A stretch of 64,000 nucleotides of DNA from Rozella allomycis CSF55 (lineage: Eukaryota): positions 1 to 64,000 of the forward strand of contig KE560678.1 of the NCBI GenBank assembly GCA_000442015.1. The letters run 5' to 3'. This document shows positions 1 to 11,797 of the stretch, one piece after another; positions within the stretch are counted from its first letter, which is position 1; each line of letters begins with the position of its first letter. A program made the translations under genes and the position numbers. The notes beneath the pieces were generated by a model. It ran no database searches, was not told the origin of the DNA, and saw only the letters and a program-made list of their open reading frames with translations.

Positions 1-18
1 AAATCAGAATTCTATATA

Positions 19-645
19 GTGCCATGTTTCGAAGACTTCAAATCAACCGTGTACTATCCATTCAAAAGAACGATGCCCATAATGATTTTCAAAGATCTAG
101 TAGCACAAGTGAAACAAGATTGCCGCAACTGCGATGCACAAGTAGCTGAAACGCTATCTCTTGTTTATCCCCACCGCTGTTTCAATCAGGAACCAGACAA
201 GCTTGGTGAATTGTTTTCTCTGGCGCTCATCTATGAAAAACCAAAAATTTTGAAACGACTGTTGCCATTAATGGACATTACTACGCATTTCAAGTATTTT
301 GACAGTTCTAGTTGCAGGTTGATTAATTTGGCGATAAGGCAAACTGATGTGGAGTTGCTGGATTTGGCAGTGCGTGCATTGGGCGTTTGCTTTGCGGATA
401 CGATATTGCTTCAAATTGAGGGACATAAAATGGCTATTGAGTGGGCATTGGAGAGGGGTGATTTAGAGTTTTTCATATATGCAATGGAAAGGTATGATTT
501 TCCGCTGCATGCTTTGGATTTGAATGTGGATTTGGTTTTGGCGTTGAAGAGGAGTGAAAGAGGGAGGTACTTGCTGGACCTAATTGATGAGCAATATGAT
601 GCTAGCCAGGATGAAATCGAGGCAAATCTCAATCCGCTTGTTTAG
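19..645 (+). CDS. Hypothetical helical protein, possibly degenerate ankyrin-like repeats (true start uncertain, may lie at ATG ~73 or upstream of the window)
   Basis: Open 208-codon frame with LINLAIRQTDVELLDL / AIEWALERGDLEFFIY segments resembling ankyrin helices; AATAAA shortly after stop. Confidence 0.45.
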   Translation: MPCFEDFKSTVYYPFKRTMPIMIFKDLVAQVKQDCRNCDAQVAETLSLVYPHRCFNQEPDKLGELFSLALIYEKPKILKRLLPLMDITTHFKYFDSSSCRLINLAIRQTDVELLDLAVRALGVCFADTILLQIEGHKMAIEWALERGDLEFFIYAMERYDFPLHALDLNVDLVLALKRSERGRYLLDLIDEQYDASQDEIEANLNPLV

Positions 646-845
646 TATTTATGAATAAAATATTTAATTTTTTTAACTTTTATTTCATTGAATCTTCTAT
701 TTAAAGTAGTGAACTTTTTTTGAATCCTCTTATTTTCTCCACATGAATAAAATATTCAAAGTTACAACTATACTTCATTTAATAGTTAATATCACTTGTT
801 TATAATTGTCTTCCTCTAAGAGTAAATTTCCAAAACGAAAAAAAT

Positions 846-3800
846 ATGGATTTGAGTTTATTGTTATCACCCAACAACCAAGAACGAGAGGCGAGTGAAA
901 AGCAGTTGGAGCAATTTATCAAGCAAGACGGCAACGGCGCGATGAAGAGTCTTGTAGAAACGATGGTAGTGTGTGGCGACAGTGCGGTAAATAAAGTTTG
1001 AAAATGTAAAAGATCCGGGGGCTAGCGGCAGTGTTGATAAGAAGATTTATAATCCAGCGCAAGATCAAGTGGAAGGAATTGAGTGAGGAGACGAGGGGTG
1101 GAGTGTTGGAGGGGTTTAACCATTCGCTTGAGAATGAGAGGGTTGGCGATGTGCAAAAGAAGGTGGCTGATAGTGCAGCGGAGGTGTATAGAAGTGTGAA
1201 GAAGAGTGGGGGTAAGTGTAGTTTGAGGGAGTGAGGTAGGTGAGTGGAGTGGGCTTGTTAATTTTCTTGGACAGGCGGCGTCGTCGAATGATGGGGTGAA
1301 GTTGGTGATAACGTTTAGGATGATATACTATGCACCGTCGTTGATTGATGGGACAGCTGTTGAGTTTATTAGTGGGTTGTTTGAGCATGGGATGATGAAT
1401 GCAGAGGCGAATGTGAGATTTGAGGCGTTGAAGAGTTATGTGGAGACGTTTGGGAGTGTGAGTACGAGGATGCGTAAAGGGATGTATGGACCGATGAAGA
1501 TTGTGGGTAGGGTGTTGGGCTCGTTGGTGGAAGAGGAGAGTATGTTGAATGAGAGTATGACGTGTTTGATAGAGTTTATACCAAAGTTTAGCAAGGCGAC
1601 CAAGATGATATATGGAGAGTTGTATAAGTTTGTAGTGAGTTTGTTGGGCAAGGAGGATGTTGATGATGAGGTGAAGCAGAGTGGGATGGAGATGATAGTG
1701 ACTATAGCTGAGAGTATTCCAGAAGTGATTGATAAGGATGAAGAGTTTTTGAGGGTAGTGATACCGAATGTGTTGAAGATGTTTTTGAGTGTGGAGGAGG
1801 GTGAGGAATGGTATAAGAGTGATAGTGATGATGATTTGAATGATGTTGGATCGTTTGCAGAGAGTGGGTTGGATAGATTAGCGTTGAGTTTGGATAGTAA
1901 TAAGATGATGGTAGTGTTGGGAGAGTATTTGAATGGGATGTTTGGTAGTAAAGTGTGGCAAGAGAGATATGGGGGTTTGATGACTATATTTTCTGTAGCC
2001 GAGGGCTGTCATGAGCTGATGGTTGAGAGATTTGAGGATGTGTTGAAGATGGTGTTGGTGTTGATTAATGATGAGAGTGCTAGGGTGAGATATGCAGTTG
2101 GGAGTGTGTTGGGACAATTGTCTAGTGATTTTAGTGAAAAGGCACAAGGGGAGTATTTTGGATTGATAGTTGAAGCGTTGATTCATTTGATGAGTGACAA
2201 GGTTGATAAAGTGAAGGGAAGGGGAGTTGAAGCGATGGTGAATTTGTTGGATGGAGTTGAAAAGAAGCAAGTTGTGAATTATAGTGATAGAATAATGAGT
2301 GTGATATTTGAGTTGATTAAAATAAATGATTATATTAAAACAGCGTGTTTGGATGTGATTGTTTCTATAGCTGAATCATTGAAAGAAGATTTTGTTAAAT
2401 ATTATGAGATTATTCCAATTTTGTATAATTTGTTTGATTCTGTAAAGATTGTTGAATATAAAGATAAAGAAGTTTGTGGCAAAATATTAAATTCAATTTC
2501 ATCAATCTATAACGAATGTGAAGGTGAAGGGGGTAAAAGGGGTATCAATGGGAGTGCAAGTGGAGTCAGTGTAGTATCTACTCAGCTATCTACTCCAACT
2601 CAACTATCTACTACTCCAACTACTACTTCACAGAATTATTTACCGTTGATTGAAAGATTGAAATTGTTGGATTCAGATGATTTGTTTAATTATAAAAGTT
2701 TAATTTGGGCTAAATTGTGTAATTTGATGGGAAAAGAAATAATAAATTATATTCAATTGATTATGAATGAATTGTTTATAAAGATTTCATTACAACCAGA
2801 ATTTGACATTCAAACAGAAGATTCTAATAATGAACTACAGGGGTATGAATACTTTAAACTTGATAAGAAGAAAATTGGAATTAAAACTAGTTTGTTGGAT
2901 GATAAAGAAACTTCAATAGATTTATTAAATTGTATCGCTAATGTTTTAGATTTAGAATTTCTTCCTTTTGTTAATGAATCAATCAAACTAATAATCCCTT
3001 GTTTCTCTTTTATCTACCACGATGGAGTTTTAATTTCTTCAACTAGATTTGTTTCAACGTTAATTAAAATTTTATCAAAATTAAATAATTCAAACTTTGA
3101 TTTAGAAATCTCAAATCTTTTAATTTCTTTAAATAATTCTTTAATAAACTCAATAAACAATGATTTCATTTGTTCTGCTCTAGATTCAATCTCTGAAAGT
3201 TTAGATCATTTACGAAATTTCAATAAATTTGATCTCTTACTTTCTCTATCTGACAATCTCTTCTCTACAAGCATTTCTCTACTAGAAGAATGTTTCGAAC
3301 GACAATGCAAAAATTTAAACTTTCAAAAAGATGAAGACGCTGAAAATATTCTCGATGAAGATTTTGCTACTGATGATGACATTGTCTACTCAATCTCTCG
3401 TCTCTTACATTCTCTATTAAAATTTGGAAATCAATTTGACTTTCATTTTGAATCTCGCATTCTTCCTTTTATTTCTAAATCTTTAAATGTCAATCTTCCA
3501 ATCTACAAACATTTCGCTGTTCTGGTCTTTGATGATATTATTGAATTCTTTGGTATTGACTATTCTACAAAATATCATTCTTTCATTTCTTCTCTCTTTT
3601 CTTTACCTTCTTCTAATGATCAATTACAGGGGGTGGATCCTGATTTGTTACAAGCCACATGCTATGGTATTGGTCTATTGGCTTCTAATCCATTCTACAA
3701 ATCTTTTTGTTCTTCTCTTCTTGCAACTTTATTTTTCATTTCTCAATCTCTATCTTCTTTAAATTCTTCTTCTTTAAACTCTTCTGCTTCTGACTACGAA

Positions 3801-4088
3801 GCTGCTAGAGATAACGCTGTTTCTGCTGCAGGCAAAATCATCAAACACTGCGGAGGTGACTTTATCGCTTGGTCTAGATTTCTTCCTCTAACTGCTGACG
3901 ATGAAGAGTTCTTGGATTGTTATTCTATTCTTTTGGATCTATTGCCTCAATCTCAACTTTTGGTTAACAACAATCTCGATCCTCACATTGCTCATGTGTT
4001 CAAACACATTCTAAACAATAATCCTTCTCAGGAGTTATTCAAAAAGGTGTCTGATTTTATTTCACTTCATTCAATCAATTTAAGCTAG
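846..4088 (+). CDS. Importin beta-3 / karyopherin (IPO5/Pse1/Kap121 family), 3 exons
   Basis: ATG 846; 26- and 28-nt GT-AG introns (~987-1012, ~1212-1239) join the N-terminus (LLSPNNQEREASE...IRGLAAVLIRR) to the 930-aa ORF with HEAT motifs ESGLDRLA, RVRYAVGSVLGQLSSDF, IGIKTSLLDDKE, ARDNAVSA. Confidence 0.9.
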
Positions 4089-4274
4089 ATTCAATAAAGA
4101 AGTATTTTAAATTATTAATGATTTTAAAGTTTTATTTTAAAAGTTTTAAGTTTTATGTAAAATAAGTATTTATTGAGCTATCGAAATAGATATGGTCGGT
4201 ACCTGGACTCTATTGAGGCAACATAGAGCCTATTATCCTTAGGTCACATATTTTCCCAGCCCAGTGATTTACTC

Positions 4275-5458
4275 TTACGAGCCCACTTTTGNAAAACATT
4301 CATCTTTCACTATTGTTTTACGCTTATCATCTTTCACATTCATACCGTGCCTTAATGTGTCTTGTTGTACTTGTACTCTCAAATCATCAGCTATATTCTC
4401 CCTAATCGCTTCTGTTGTCGCATACGCACTCGCGGGCCTCCAATATCGCTCATTCTTTTTCAAAACACTCTTCTTTCCCTTCCACTTGTCTTTAAACTCT
4501 ATATACTCTACTGGCTTCCACCAGCAACCAACCCTACTCTCTACTCTCGTCAATCTCTTTTCATACTCCATCTGCTCTTCTACATCAATTCGGGGCTTAT
4601 ATTGCATTCTTTTCAAAACTGCATCTTTCATTCTACTCTTTCTTGCTTCATTCTCAAGTTTTTGTATTTCAATGTCCTTATTACTTGACTGTTCTCTTTT
4701 GCGATCCTTACACCTTGTCTGCCTTTTGCTCTCCTTTTTAATCCTCTTCTTTTCTTTCTTCAATTCACCCTTCATCTCCAACCCCTTCACACTCTCCTGC
4801 TCAATCAAAAACTCTTCCAAAGTTTCGCCAGGCCTAAACTGGAATAATCTATCAACAGTAAACGCTTTGCCCCTATAAACAGGCTTCGCAACACTCTTCC
4901 TCTTCACAATCCTCTCCTCTACAACATCCTCCTTCTTCTCCCTCTTGTCATTACCTCTCAGTATCTCCATCTCAATGTCTTCAAAGAATTTAGCCGGAAG
5001 ATACTTGGACCGCTTCCTCAGCCATCGCACAACATTCACATTGCGGCCTTGCAATAACCATCCGCGCAAATAATACTCGATATAGTTTACAAATACATCG
5101 GAATTTCCGGCAAACCCTTCTTTGATCTCGCTTGATAGCCCAGTTTCATTGTCGCGCTGGATGTTCAGTGCACTCATGGTTGATGAATACGTCATCTTCT
5201 TTTTATTCTGGATAACCTCTATTAGATCATTGCATCAGTTACCTTTTTCACAATCTTTTTCAAGTCTCCCTTTTCAGCCTTTTCACAACGGTTCGCTTCC
5301 ATCGCAATCGCCTCACTCTCTTTGACTCGCTCGCAATCCTGTCTGTATTTCAAAAGAACCGATTTGTCTATTCTAGTTTGGCCAACCAGGCACACAATTT
5401 GTTTATGTTGCAGCCGTCTTTCATATGCCTCTTGGAGATCATTGGCAGCCGGTGGCAT
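4275..5458 (-). CDS. Hypothetical Lys/Arg/Glu-rich protein, 2 exons; 3' end uncertain because of N at 4292
   Basis: ORF 5222-5458 joined in frame to ORF 4275-5195 by a 26-nt GT-AG intron (gtaactgatgcaatgatctaatagag). Confidence 0.6.
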
Positions 5459-5535
5459 AAAAATTTCCGTATAGAATCAAATATAGTCAACATGAAGTAA
5501 ATTCAGTAAAAAGATGATTAAATGAAATGTCTAGT

Positions 5536-6216
5536 TTATTGCCAGAATAATTCTTCATTGTCGGAATCATTTAGCAAATGCGCATACGGATTGTTGGAAT
5601 ACTTGCTCACTGGTTTATGCACAGATGATTGCTTTGCTCGACGAACAGTAGCTGGTAAAGATTCAGGTGCTGCCTTCTTTGGTTGGCTGGTTTGTTCCTG
5701 CTTTCTTAGGATTTCTTTGATTTCCTTTTCCTTTTCCCTCTTTTTCTGGTTTTGGCGCTGCTTTTTGGTCATGCCGTTGGACTTTGAAGAAGACGATGAT
5801 TTCCCTCTTTTTGTTACCGTTGTCCATTCTTCTTCCTCTTCCTTTGGTAAAATACGCAATACTTTGGACTTTTCGTCAGACTTTGAGTCGGCGACTTTAT
5901 CGGTATCAGTAGAAATTGGAACTTCTTGGTTTGCTTGTTTGGTTGGTTTTTCTTGTTTGACCTTGGAGTCAGATAAGGGTTTGGCTGACTCTTCTGCAGG
6001 CTTTTTCTCACTCTTAACTGATACAGATTTTTCAGTCTTTTTTTCAGTTATAGCTTGGTTGTCAACCTGTCCGTCAACAATTTCTTTTGAAATCGACTTG
6101 ACAGGTTTTGATTGCTTCTCACCCTTGGTTTCTCCAGTTTTGGCTCCTTTGCTAGGACTAGTAAAGTATTTGCACAAAGCTGCCACACCAAACAGTACAA
6201 GCAAAGGGATAATCAT
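5536..6216 (-). CDS. N-terminally membrane-anchored, Lys/Ser/Glu-rich disordered protein
   Basis: 226-aa ORF with hydrophobic N-terminus MIIPLLVLFGVAALC followed by a charged low-complexity tail. Confidence 0.65.
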   Translation of the reverse strand: MIIPLLVLFGVAALCKYFTSPSKGAKTGETKGEKQSKPVKSISKEIVDGQVDNQAITEKKTEKSVSVKSEKKPAEESAKPLSDSKVKQEKPTKQANQEVPISTDTDKVADSKSDEKSKVLRILPKEEEEEWTTVTKRGKSSSSSKSNGMTKKQRQNQKKREKEKEIKEILRKQEQTSQPKKAAPESLPATVRRAKQSSVHKPVSKYSNNPYAHLLNDSDNEELFWQ

Positions 6217-6313
6217 GGTTGGAAAAATCTAAAATGCTAAAAATAGCCGCCACCGTGATCACGTGTTTCATGTTGAATGCTCAGTTCACACTTTCGCCTT
6301 CTCTTTTATTTTA

Positions 6314-7792
6314 ATGATATTTGATTATTTCAAAAAGAAATCAAAACGTTATTCGTATATACCGCTTGTGTCACTTGCTGATAATGACAAAACATATGGA
6401 TCATTGGAAAACCCGGAAAAACAAGACTTGAATAATAAGAGATACAAAACAAGAATAAGCCTAATTTATCAACTTTATCAGAAATCCTATTTAGTGGATG
6501 ATGATGATCCAAACAATAGTCTAGTTAACATTTCCCCCTGCAAAGAAATTAGAACTTTTTCAAGCTGGCTTGCATTGTTGTCGACGAATTCGTTAACGAG
6601 GATGTTCATCCTATACGTAATTCCTACTCTGTTCAGTTTGTGCTGGACAGCCTCATCTTCAATGGGACCATTTGGTTTCCTATTTCTCTATTTTGGTTTG
6701 TACATGGGAATATATTTGGCGTTCGTGACATACCTTTTTCAAATGTATTCACTGAATTGGTGGAAGGATAGCCTTGGAGCTCTCAAATCTAGCGCGTTAA
6801 TTATGTTCGTCACCTTATTCTTTGGATTGATGAGCATTATACTTCTGATCCATGAATACAGACTTGTTTGGATAATACTGGGTGCCTTTTCGATGATTGC
6901 TCCGATTGCTATTTCATGCCATACTGTGTGGATTGATCGCAATGGAAAATATAGAAACTCCATTACATCGGAAGCGGAGCTTGGACATACTTTTGAGTCC
7001 TGGATCCCAACTACCTATACTCAATTTCTTTGGTTCATAATTACATTAGTTATTTCTTATATTGGCTATTTATATTCTCAAGTCATTACTTATCATTATT
7101 TGACAGCTCCACCACAAAATAGTTTTCATCATTTGGCCGTCTCGACTATATTTATGCTTTTGCTTCAAGGACTGAGCGATATATCTGAAAGAATTATCAA
7201 AAACAGAATTGGCTGGAAACCCCTACAGGATATTTTCCAAGTTTACTTCAACACTTTTTATTTCATGTTTTACAGAACTCTTTTTGCCAAAGTTGGGTCA
7301 ATGTCAAGTATTATCTTAGTGCAATCTGCAAACGCAGCGATGTTTTTGGCGCTAAATATTTGGAGAAGCCAGAAATCATTCTATGATATACTTTTTAATT
7401 ATTTTGGATTAGATGTGACATATCAGCAGCATGTTAGGCATGTAGGCAGAAGAATATATCTTCGAATGTTGTCCGAAAACATATCCATTCTCCTGCTTAT
7501 TGGATGGATCGTTCTGTTCAAATTTTCGGATGTGGTTAAAGTTTACCCGTACTTTGACCAAAAAGCAGATAGATTCAATGATATCCTAATTGCAACGTTA
7601 ATCACGTGGCTAATTGAACGGATTTTGGGTTGGATTATTCGTCTTTATTTTCTTAACATGTTTAAGTACGACATGGTGCATGATGTAGTAAAGGACTTTA
7701 ATAGATATCCCGAATTTCTGCCCACAATAGTACTTTTAGTTATCCATATTTCCCAAGACATGCTTATGACGTTGATAAATCCAATAAAATAA
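6314..7792 (+). CDS. Multi-pass membrane protein of unknown function (intronless)
   Basis: Long ORF with about ten hydrophobic segments; first ATG at ~6314 (ORF track starts at GTG 6263). Confidence 0.7.
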   Translation: MIFDYFKKKSKRYSYIPLVSLADNDKTYGSLENPEKQDLNNKRYKTRISLIYQLYQKSYLVDDDDPNNSLVNISPCKEIRTFSSWLALLSTNSLTRMFILYVIPTLFSLCWTASSSMGPFGFLFLYFGLYMGIYLAFVTYLFQMYSLNWWKDSLGALKSSALIMFVTLFFGLMSIILLIHEYRLVWIILGAFSMIAPIAISCHTVWIDRNGKYRNSITSEAELGHTFESWIPTTYTQFLWFIITLVISYIGYLYSQVITYHYLTAPPQNSFHHLAVSTIFMLLLQGLSDISERIIKNRIGWKPLQDIFQVYFNTFYFMFYRTLFAKVGSMSSIILVQSANAAMFLALNIWRSQKSFYDILFNYFGLDVTYQQHVRHVGRRIYLRMLSENISILLLIGWIVLFKFSDVVKVYPYFDQKADRFNDILIATLITWLIERILGWIIRLYFLNMFKYDMVHDVVKDFNRYPEFLPTIVLLVIHISQDMLMTLINPIK

Positions 7793-7830
7793 TTTTGAGA
7801 TCTAATTCTATTTTTAGAACAAGATTAATG

Positions 7831-7925
7831 TTGGCAAACTGACTAGAAACTTCTAACTGGTTCGTAGTGGAATGGATTTGAAGTTGTATAATGATCCAAT
7901 TTATGATCAAGATATGACTGTCACT
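7831..7925 (+). repeat. Degenerate duplicate of the upstream region and first codons of the SAMHD1-like gene
   Basis: cgtagtggaatggatttgaagttgtataatgatccaat (7863-7900) vs cgtagtggaatggaattgaaattgtataatgatccaat (8018-8055); similarity extends on both sides with indels. Confidence 0.8.
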
Positions 7926-8026
7926 GAAGTGGTATCATATAAATTTTGAGAACTCTTTCTATTCTTAGTAATTTCCTGGAACTTGGTAAACCCATTAGAA
8001 TCTTCCGAGTGGCTGGTCGTAGTGGA

Positions 8027-9636
8027 ATGGAATTGAAATTGTATAATGATCCAATCCATGGTCACATTCATTTAGACCCTATGACGGTCAGTATTATGGA
8101 CACTGTGCACTTCCAGAGATTGAGGGATTTGAAGCAACTTGGTAATAATGAAGTTACCTATTTTTTCAGGTGTGTGCTATTATGTTTTCCCGGGTGCGTG
8201 CCACAATCGATTTGAGCATTCTGTTGGTAAATTGTGTTTTATCTATTAGTCTAGGAGTCTCCTACCTGGCAAACAACATGGTGTCGTTTCTGCAACAAAG
8301 TCAGCCCCTTTTAGATTTGACATCGAATGAGATTTCATGTGTGAAACTAGCGGGACTCTGCCATGATTTAGGTAACCGAATTATTTATATCATATAAGGT
8401 CATGGTCCATTCTCACATGCGTATGATAATGAGTTTCTCCCAAGAGCGTCTCCCGGATTGAATTGGAGTCATGAGGATGGAAGCCAAAGTTTATTCAATG
8501 ATTTAATTGACAGATATTATATTGATATTGATCCACAAGACCATAAGCTGATCTTAAAGCTTATTGATGGTAATTCCAAGTCCTCCGATATGGAGCGGGG
8601 TTTCCTTTATGACGTCGTGGCAAATAAAAGAAATTCGGTAGATGTGGACAAATTTGATTATATTACGAGGGATTGTTATTATTCGGGAATTAAGAGTAGC
8701 TACGATTCGAATAGGTAAAGACAAGAGAATTCATCAAACAAGATTATTAAAATGTTCTCGAGTTATTGGAAATGAGATTTGTTTTCACGCTAAAGAAGCA
8801 TATAATGTTTATGAAATGTTTCACACCAGATATTCTCTATTTAAAAGAGTCTATACTCATCGTGTTTCAAAGGTATAATTTAGTAATGTCCGCTAAGCAT
8901 AGGGATTGGAATACATGATCATTGACGCAATGCTTGCCGCAGATCCCGTTATGAGGATATCCAAGGCTATGGAAGACCCAATGGAGTACGTGTATTTAAC
9001 TGATGGCATATTGCGAGAGATTGAGAGATCAAAAAATCCCAAACTCTCCGAGTCGCAGAAAATTCTAAAGAGATTCAGAGAGAGAGACATTTATAAATTT
9101 GTAGACGAATATTTTTATCCAGCAGAGCAAGGGTCCAAAATCAAAAAGTCAATTCAATTGGAAGAAAAGATTGCCCAAGATATTGTATCATTTCAAACTG
9201 ACAACTCAAATATAAATAATAATGATGTCATCGTTGAAATACAAAAGATTAACTATGCGATGAAGGACAAGAATCCAGTCGATAAGATTCATTTCTACTC
9301 AAAGTACGATGAAGACACTCCAATAAGCATTAATAAAGAGCATGTCAGTAGTTTAATTCCAAACAAAATGGAAGAGACTATCTGTAGAGTCTTCACACGA
9401 GATTCAGCAAAGGTCAAGCAAGTCCAAGAAGCGTTTAGACGGTACGTACAAAAGAATACTCATTATTACAAGGAAGAAACAGAAAAAATATATAATGAGT
9501 CAGTAAGAATTTTAAACGCATATGATAGTTAACTATTCCTCACGGTTATGAAGCATCTCCTCGAAAGAAAAACTTGAGTCTTAATTCGTCACCGATCAAT
9601 AAAAAAAGAAAAATTCCGTTTGATATAAATAAATAG
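8027..9636 (+). CDS. SAMHD1: HD-domain dNTP triphosphohydrolase, SAMHD1-like (no SAM domain), 7 exons
   Basis: NDPIHGHI, FQRLRDLKQLG, HNRFEHSVG, LCHDLGHGPFSH, NSVDVDKFDYITRD, YTHRVSK after removing six 26-30 nt GT-AG introns. Confidence 0.92.
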
Positions 9637-9654
9637 ACTTATACATTTATAACA

Positions 9655-10201
9655 CTATTTGCGATTAATATATTCGATTGCTTTTATGGCGATATTTCCA
9701 TATTCTTCCTGTATAGATCTAGTATTATAAATCTAATCAATTAATATAAACTTTTTTACATCTGTAAATAATCTAGAAAGAAATGGGGTGAATGGGAATT
9801 CTGGTAATACAAATTTCCCCTCACTTTGAAGGAAAGATTGCCCTTCCTTTGTTGAAAAGTCCATTAATGGCCTTTCAATATTGACCTTTTCAACGATCTC
9901 AAATTCCAGAGCTGCCGCATTTAAAATTGGCCTAGCATATTTTCTAAACAACCGTCTGTTTCTTCTTTTCTGGTCTGTATCACCGTCTCCAAAGTAAACA
10001 TCGATTGATTCAGATTTCTCGTAGTATTTTATCGGTAACATTGAATAATGTTTAACCTTATCTATCCGTTTTTATTTCAAATAATAGAAATACCTGCCCC
10101 GACTTTATTTTTTCTCTTAGGTAAGAATTATAATATGCGGGTCCTGTTATTCCTGTCACTCCAGCACAAACCAATAGTAAGCTTTTTGAAGGCTTCCACA
10201 T
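9655..10201 (-). CDS. Mitochondrial inner-membrane translocase Tim54/AGK-like small protein, 3 exons
   Basis: N-terminal TM segment (MWKPSKSLLLVCAG) and FRKYARPILNAAALEFEIVE motif typical of Tim54/AGK. Confidence 0.55.
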
Positions 10202-10273
10202 TTTAGAGTTTTCTCAATTTGTACAAAAAGATTAGACTTAAAGCAAAATGGTAACAAAAAATATGAATTTTAT

Positions 10274-11662
10274 TTATTTGTAAAGTCTGGAGTCTATAAT
10301 CTTCAATACAGTTTCTTTTTGACTTAAAATATTCTGGTTTAGTTCTTCTATTTCTCTAAATTTAGAATAAGAATTGATCAAGTCTTCTTCCAGACTATTT
10401 CTATATTTAATCAATTCACTTTGTGTCATTTCATGAACCGCCTTTGGAATATCTGTTTCCGACACACTAAAATTGGGGATTTCCTTTCTAAAGGACAAAA
10501 TACTATTCTTTAATTGTTCAAGTGTAGACTTCACAGAAGAAAGCTCGTCATTATCTAAATTCTTTGTCAAGTCAGTTTCTTTTCTGGAACCAAACGATGA
10601 TTTCATTTCAAGGTCATTATCTTTGTTATTATCAACTGGACGTTTCTTTTGAAAGAACACCTTTTCTTGATTCTTAGCGTTATTTTTGAGATTTTCTATA
10701 TTTATTTCAAGATCCGCCTTTTCCTTCTCTAATCTTTTGACCATTTGATTTAAATCTTTATTTTCTTCTTCTAAGCTTATTAATTTATTTTCCAATGATA
10801 TTTTTTCGTCCTTCAGCTTTTGAACCCTAGTCCGCTCATTATCTAAAGCAATGTCTACTTCGCTAGCTTTGTCTTGCAGTTTTTTCTGCTCTATAGAAAA
10901 CAATTCATGATTTTTTGCTAATCTCTCTTTTAATATTAAATTTTGCTCGGTTAATTCAACAATCTTTTCGTTGTTTTTCGCCAGGTTACTGCTGAATTCT
11001 AATTTAAGCTTTTCAAAATCTCGCAAGGATTTTTTCAAACTGATAATCTCTCTTTGTCGCTGGGCATTCTCTTCTTTCTCGATTTTTACATCGTTTTGCA
11101 ACTTCATACATTCTATTTGGAACGATCGCAAGTTGGTCATTTGGGTTTCAAGTGAGCATGTAAGACTTGAAACGCTCTGATCTTTTGTGACTATAATTCT
11201 TTCAAGTTTTTTAATTCTGGTCTTTAATTCTTCAATTGTCTTTTCAAGAACGCTAGTATTCAGTGGGAATTTCTGATCCACTTCATATGTTGTTTTTTTC
11301 ATATCTCTAGTAAGAGACTCAATCGTATCTGATTGTGCATTGATAGTTGACTGCGCGTTTTTTAATAGTAATTCAAGATTCTTAATTTTCAATTCGTAAT
11401 TCGAATGTACTTTGGTCTCACATTCTAAATCCTTGGTTAATTTGGTTTCTTTTTGCCTTTCATCTGGAAGAGGAATATGTTTTTTTGACAATGATTCATA
11501 ACTGCTGCTCATTATTATTGAGTCCAGATCTGATCTGAGTAAAGTATCGGATGCAAACGTCATTGTACTATTGGGTCTGCTTTTACTTCTCCGAAGTAAT
11601 CTTTCTTCAAGGTATTCCTGTTCTGCGCGTGACAGTTTACCATTGTATGAATTGTTTTGCAT
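10274..11662 (-). CDS. Long coiled-coil protein (intronless)
   Basis: 462-aa ORF with continuous heptad pattern. Confidence 0.7.
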   Translation of the reverse strand: MQNNSYNGKLSRAEQEYLEERLLRRSKSRPNSTMTFASDTLLRSDLDSIIMSSSYESLSKKHIPLPDERQKETKLTKDLECETKVHSNYELKIKNLELLLKNAQSTINAQSDTIESLTRDMKKTTYEVDQKFPLNTSVLEKTIEELKTRIKKLERIIVTKDQSVSSLTCSLETQMTNLRSFQIECMKLQNDVKIEKEENAQRQREIISLKKSLRDFEKLKLEFSSNLAKNNEKIVELTEQNLILKERLAKNHELFSIEQKKLQDKASEVDIALDNERTRVQKLKDEKISLENKLISLEEENKDLNQMVKRLEKEKADLEINIENLKNNAKNQEKVFFQKKRPVDNNKDNDLEMKSSFGSRKETDLTKNLDNDELSSVKSTLEQLKNSILSFRKEIPNFSVSETDIPKAVHEMTQSELIKYRNSLEEDLINSYSKFREIEELNQNILSQKETVLKIIDSRLYK

Positions 11663-11797
11663 TTGATAAATTTCAGTGTTTCAAAGACATTAAATTTAAA
11701 GAAAATGAGTTTCCATTTATTTTAGAATTGGATGAATATTAATCTACATGCTTTCACAATTTGTTTAAGAATTTTGTGAATTGTTTATAACTAATAT

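Noticed and set aside
4264-6232. Long antisense ORFs (4264-4878, 5522-6232 and similar elsewhere)
   Set aside because: Shadows of Lys/Glu-rich genes on the opposite strand; Phe/Ser/Leu-rich translations with no recognisable motifs.
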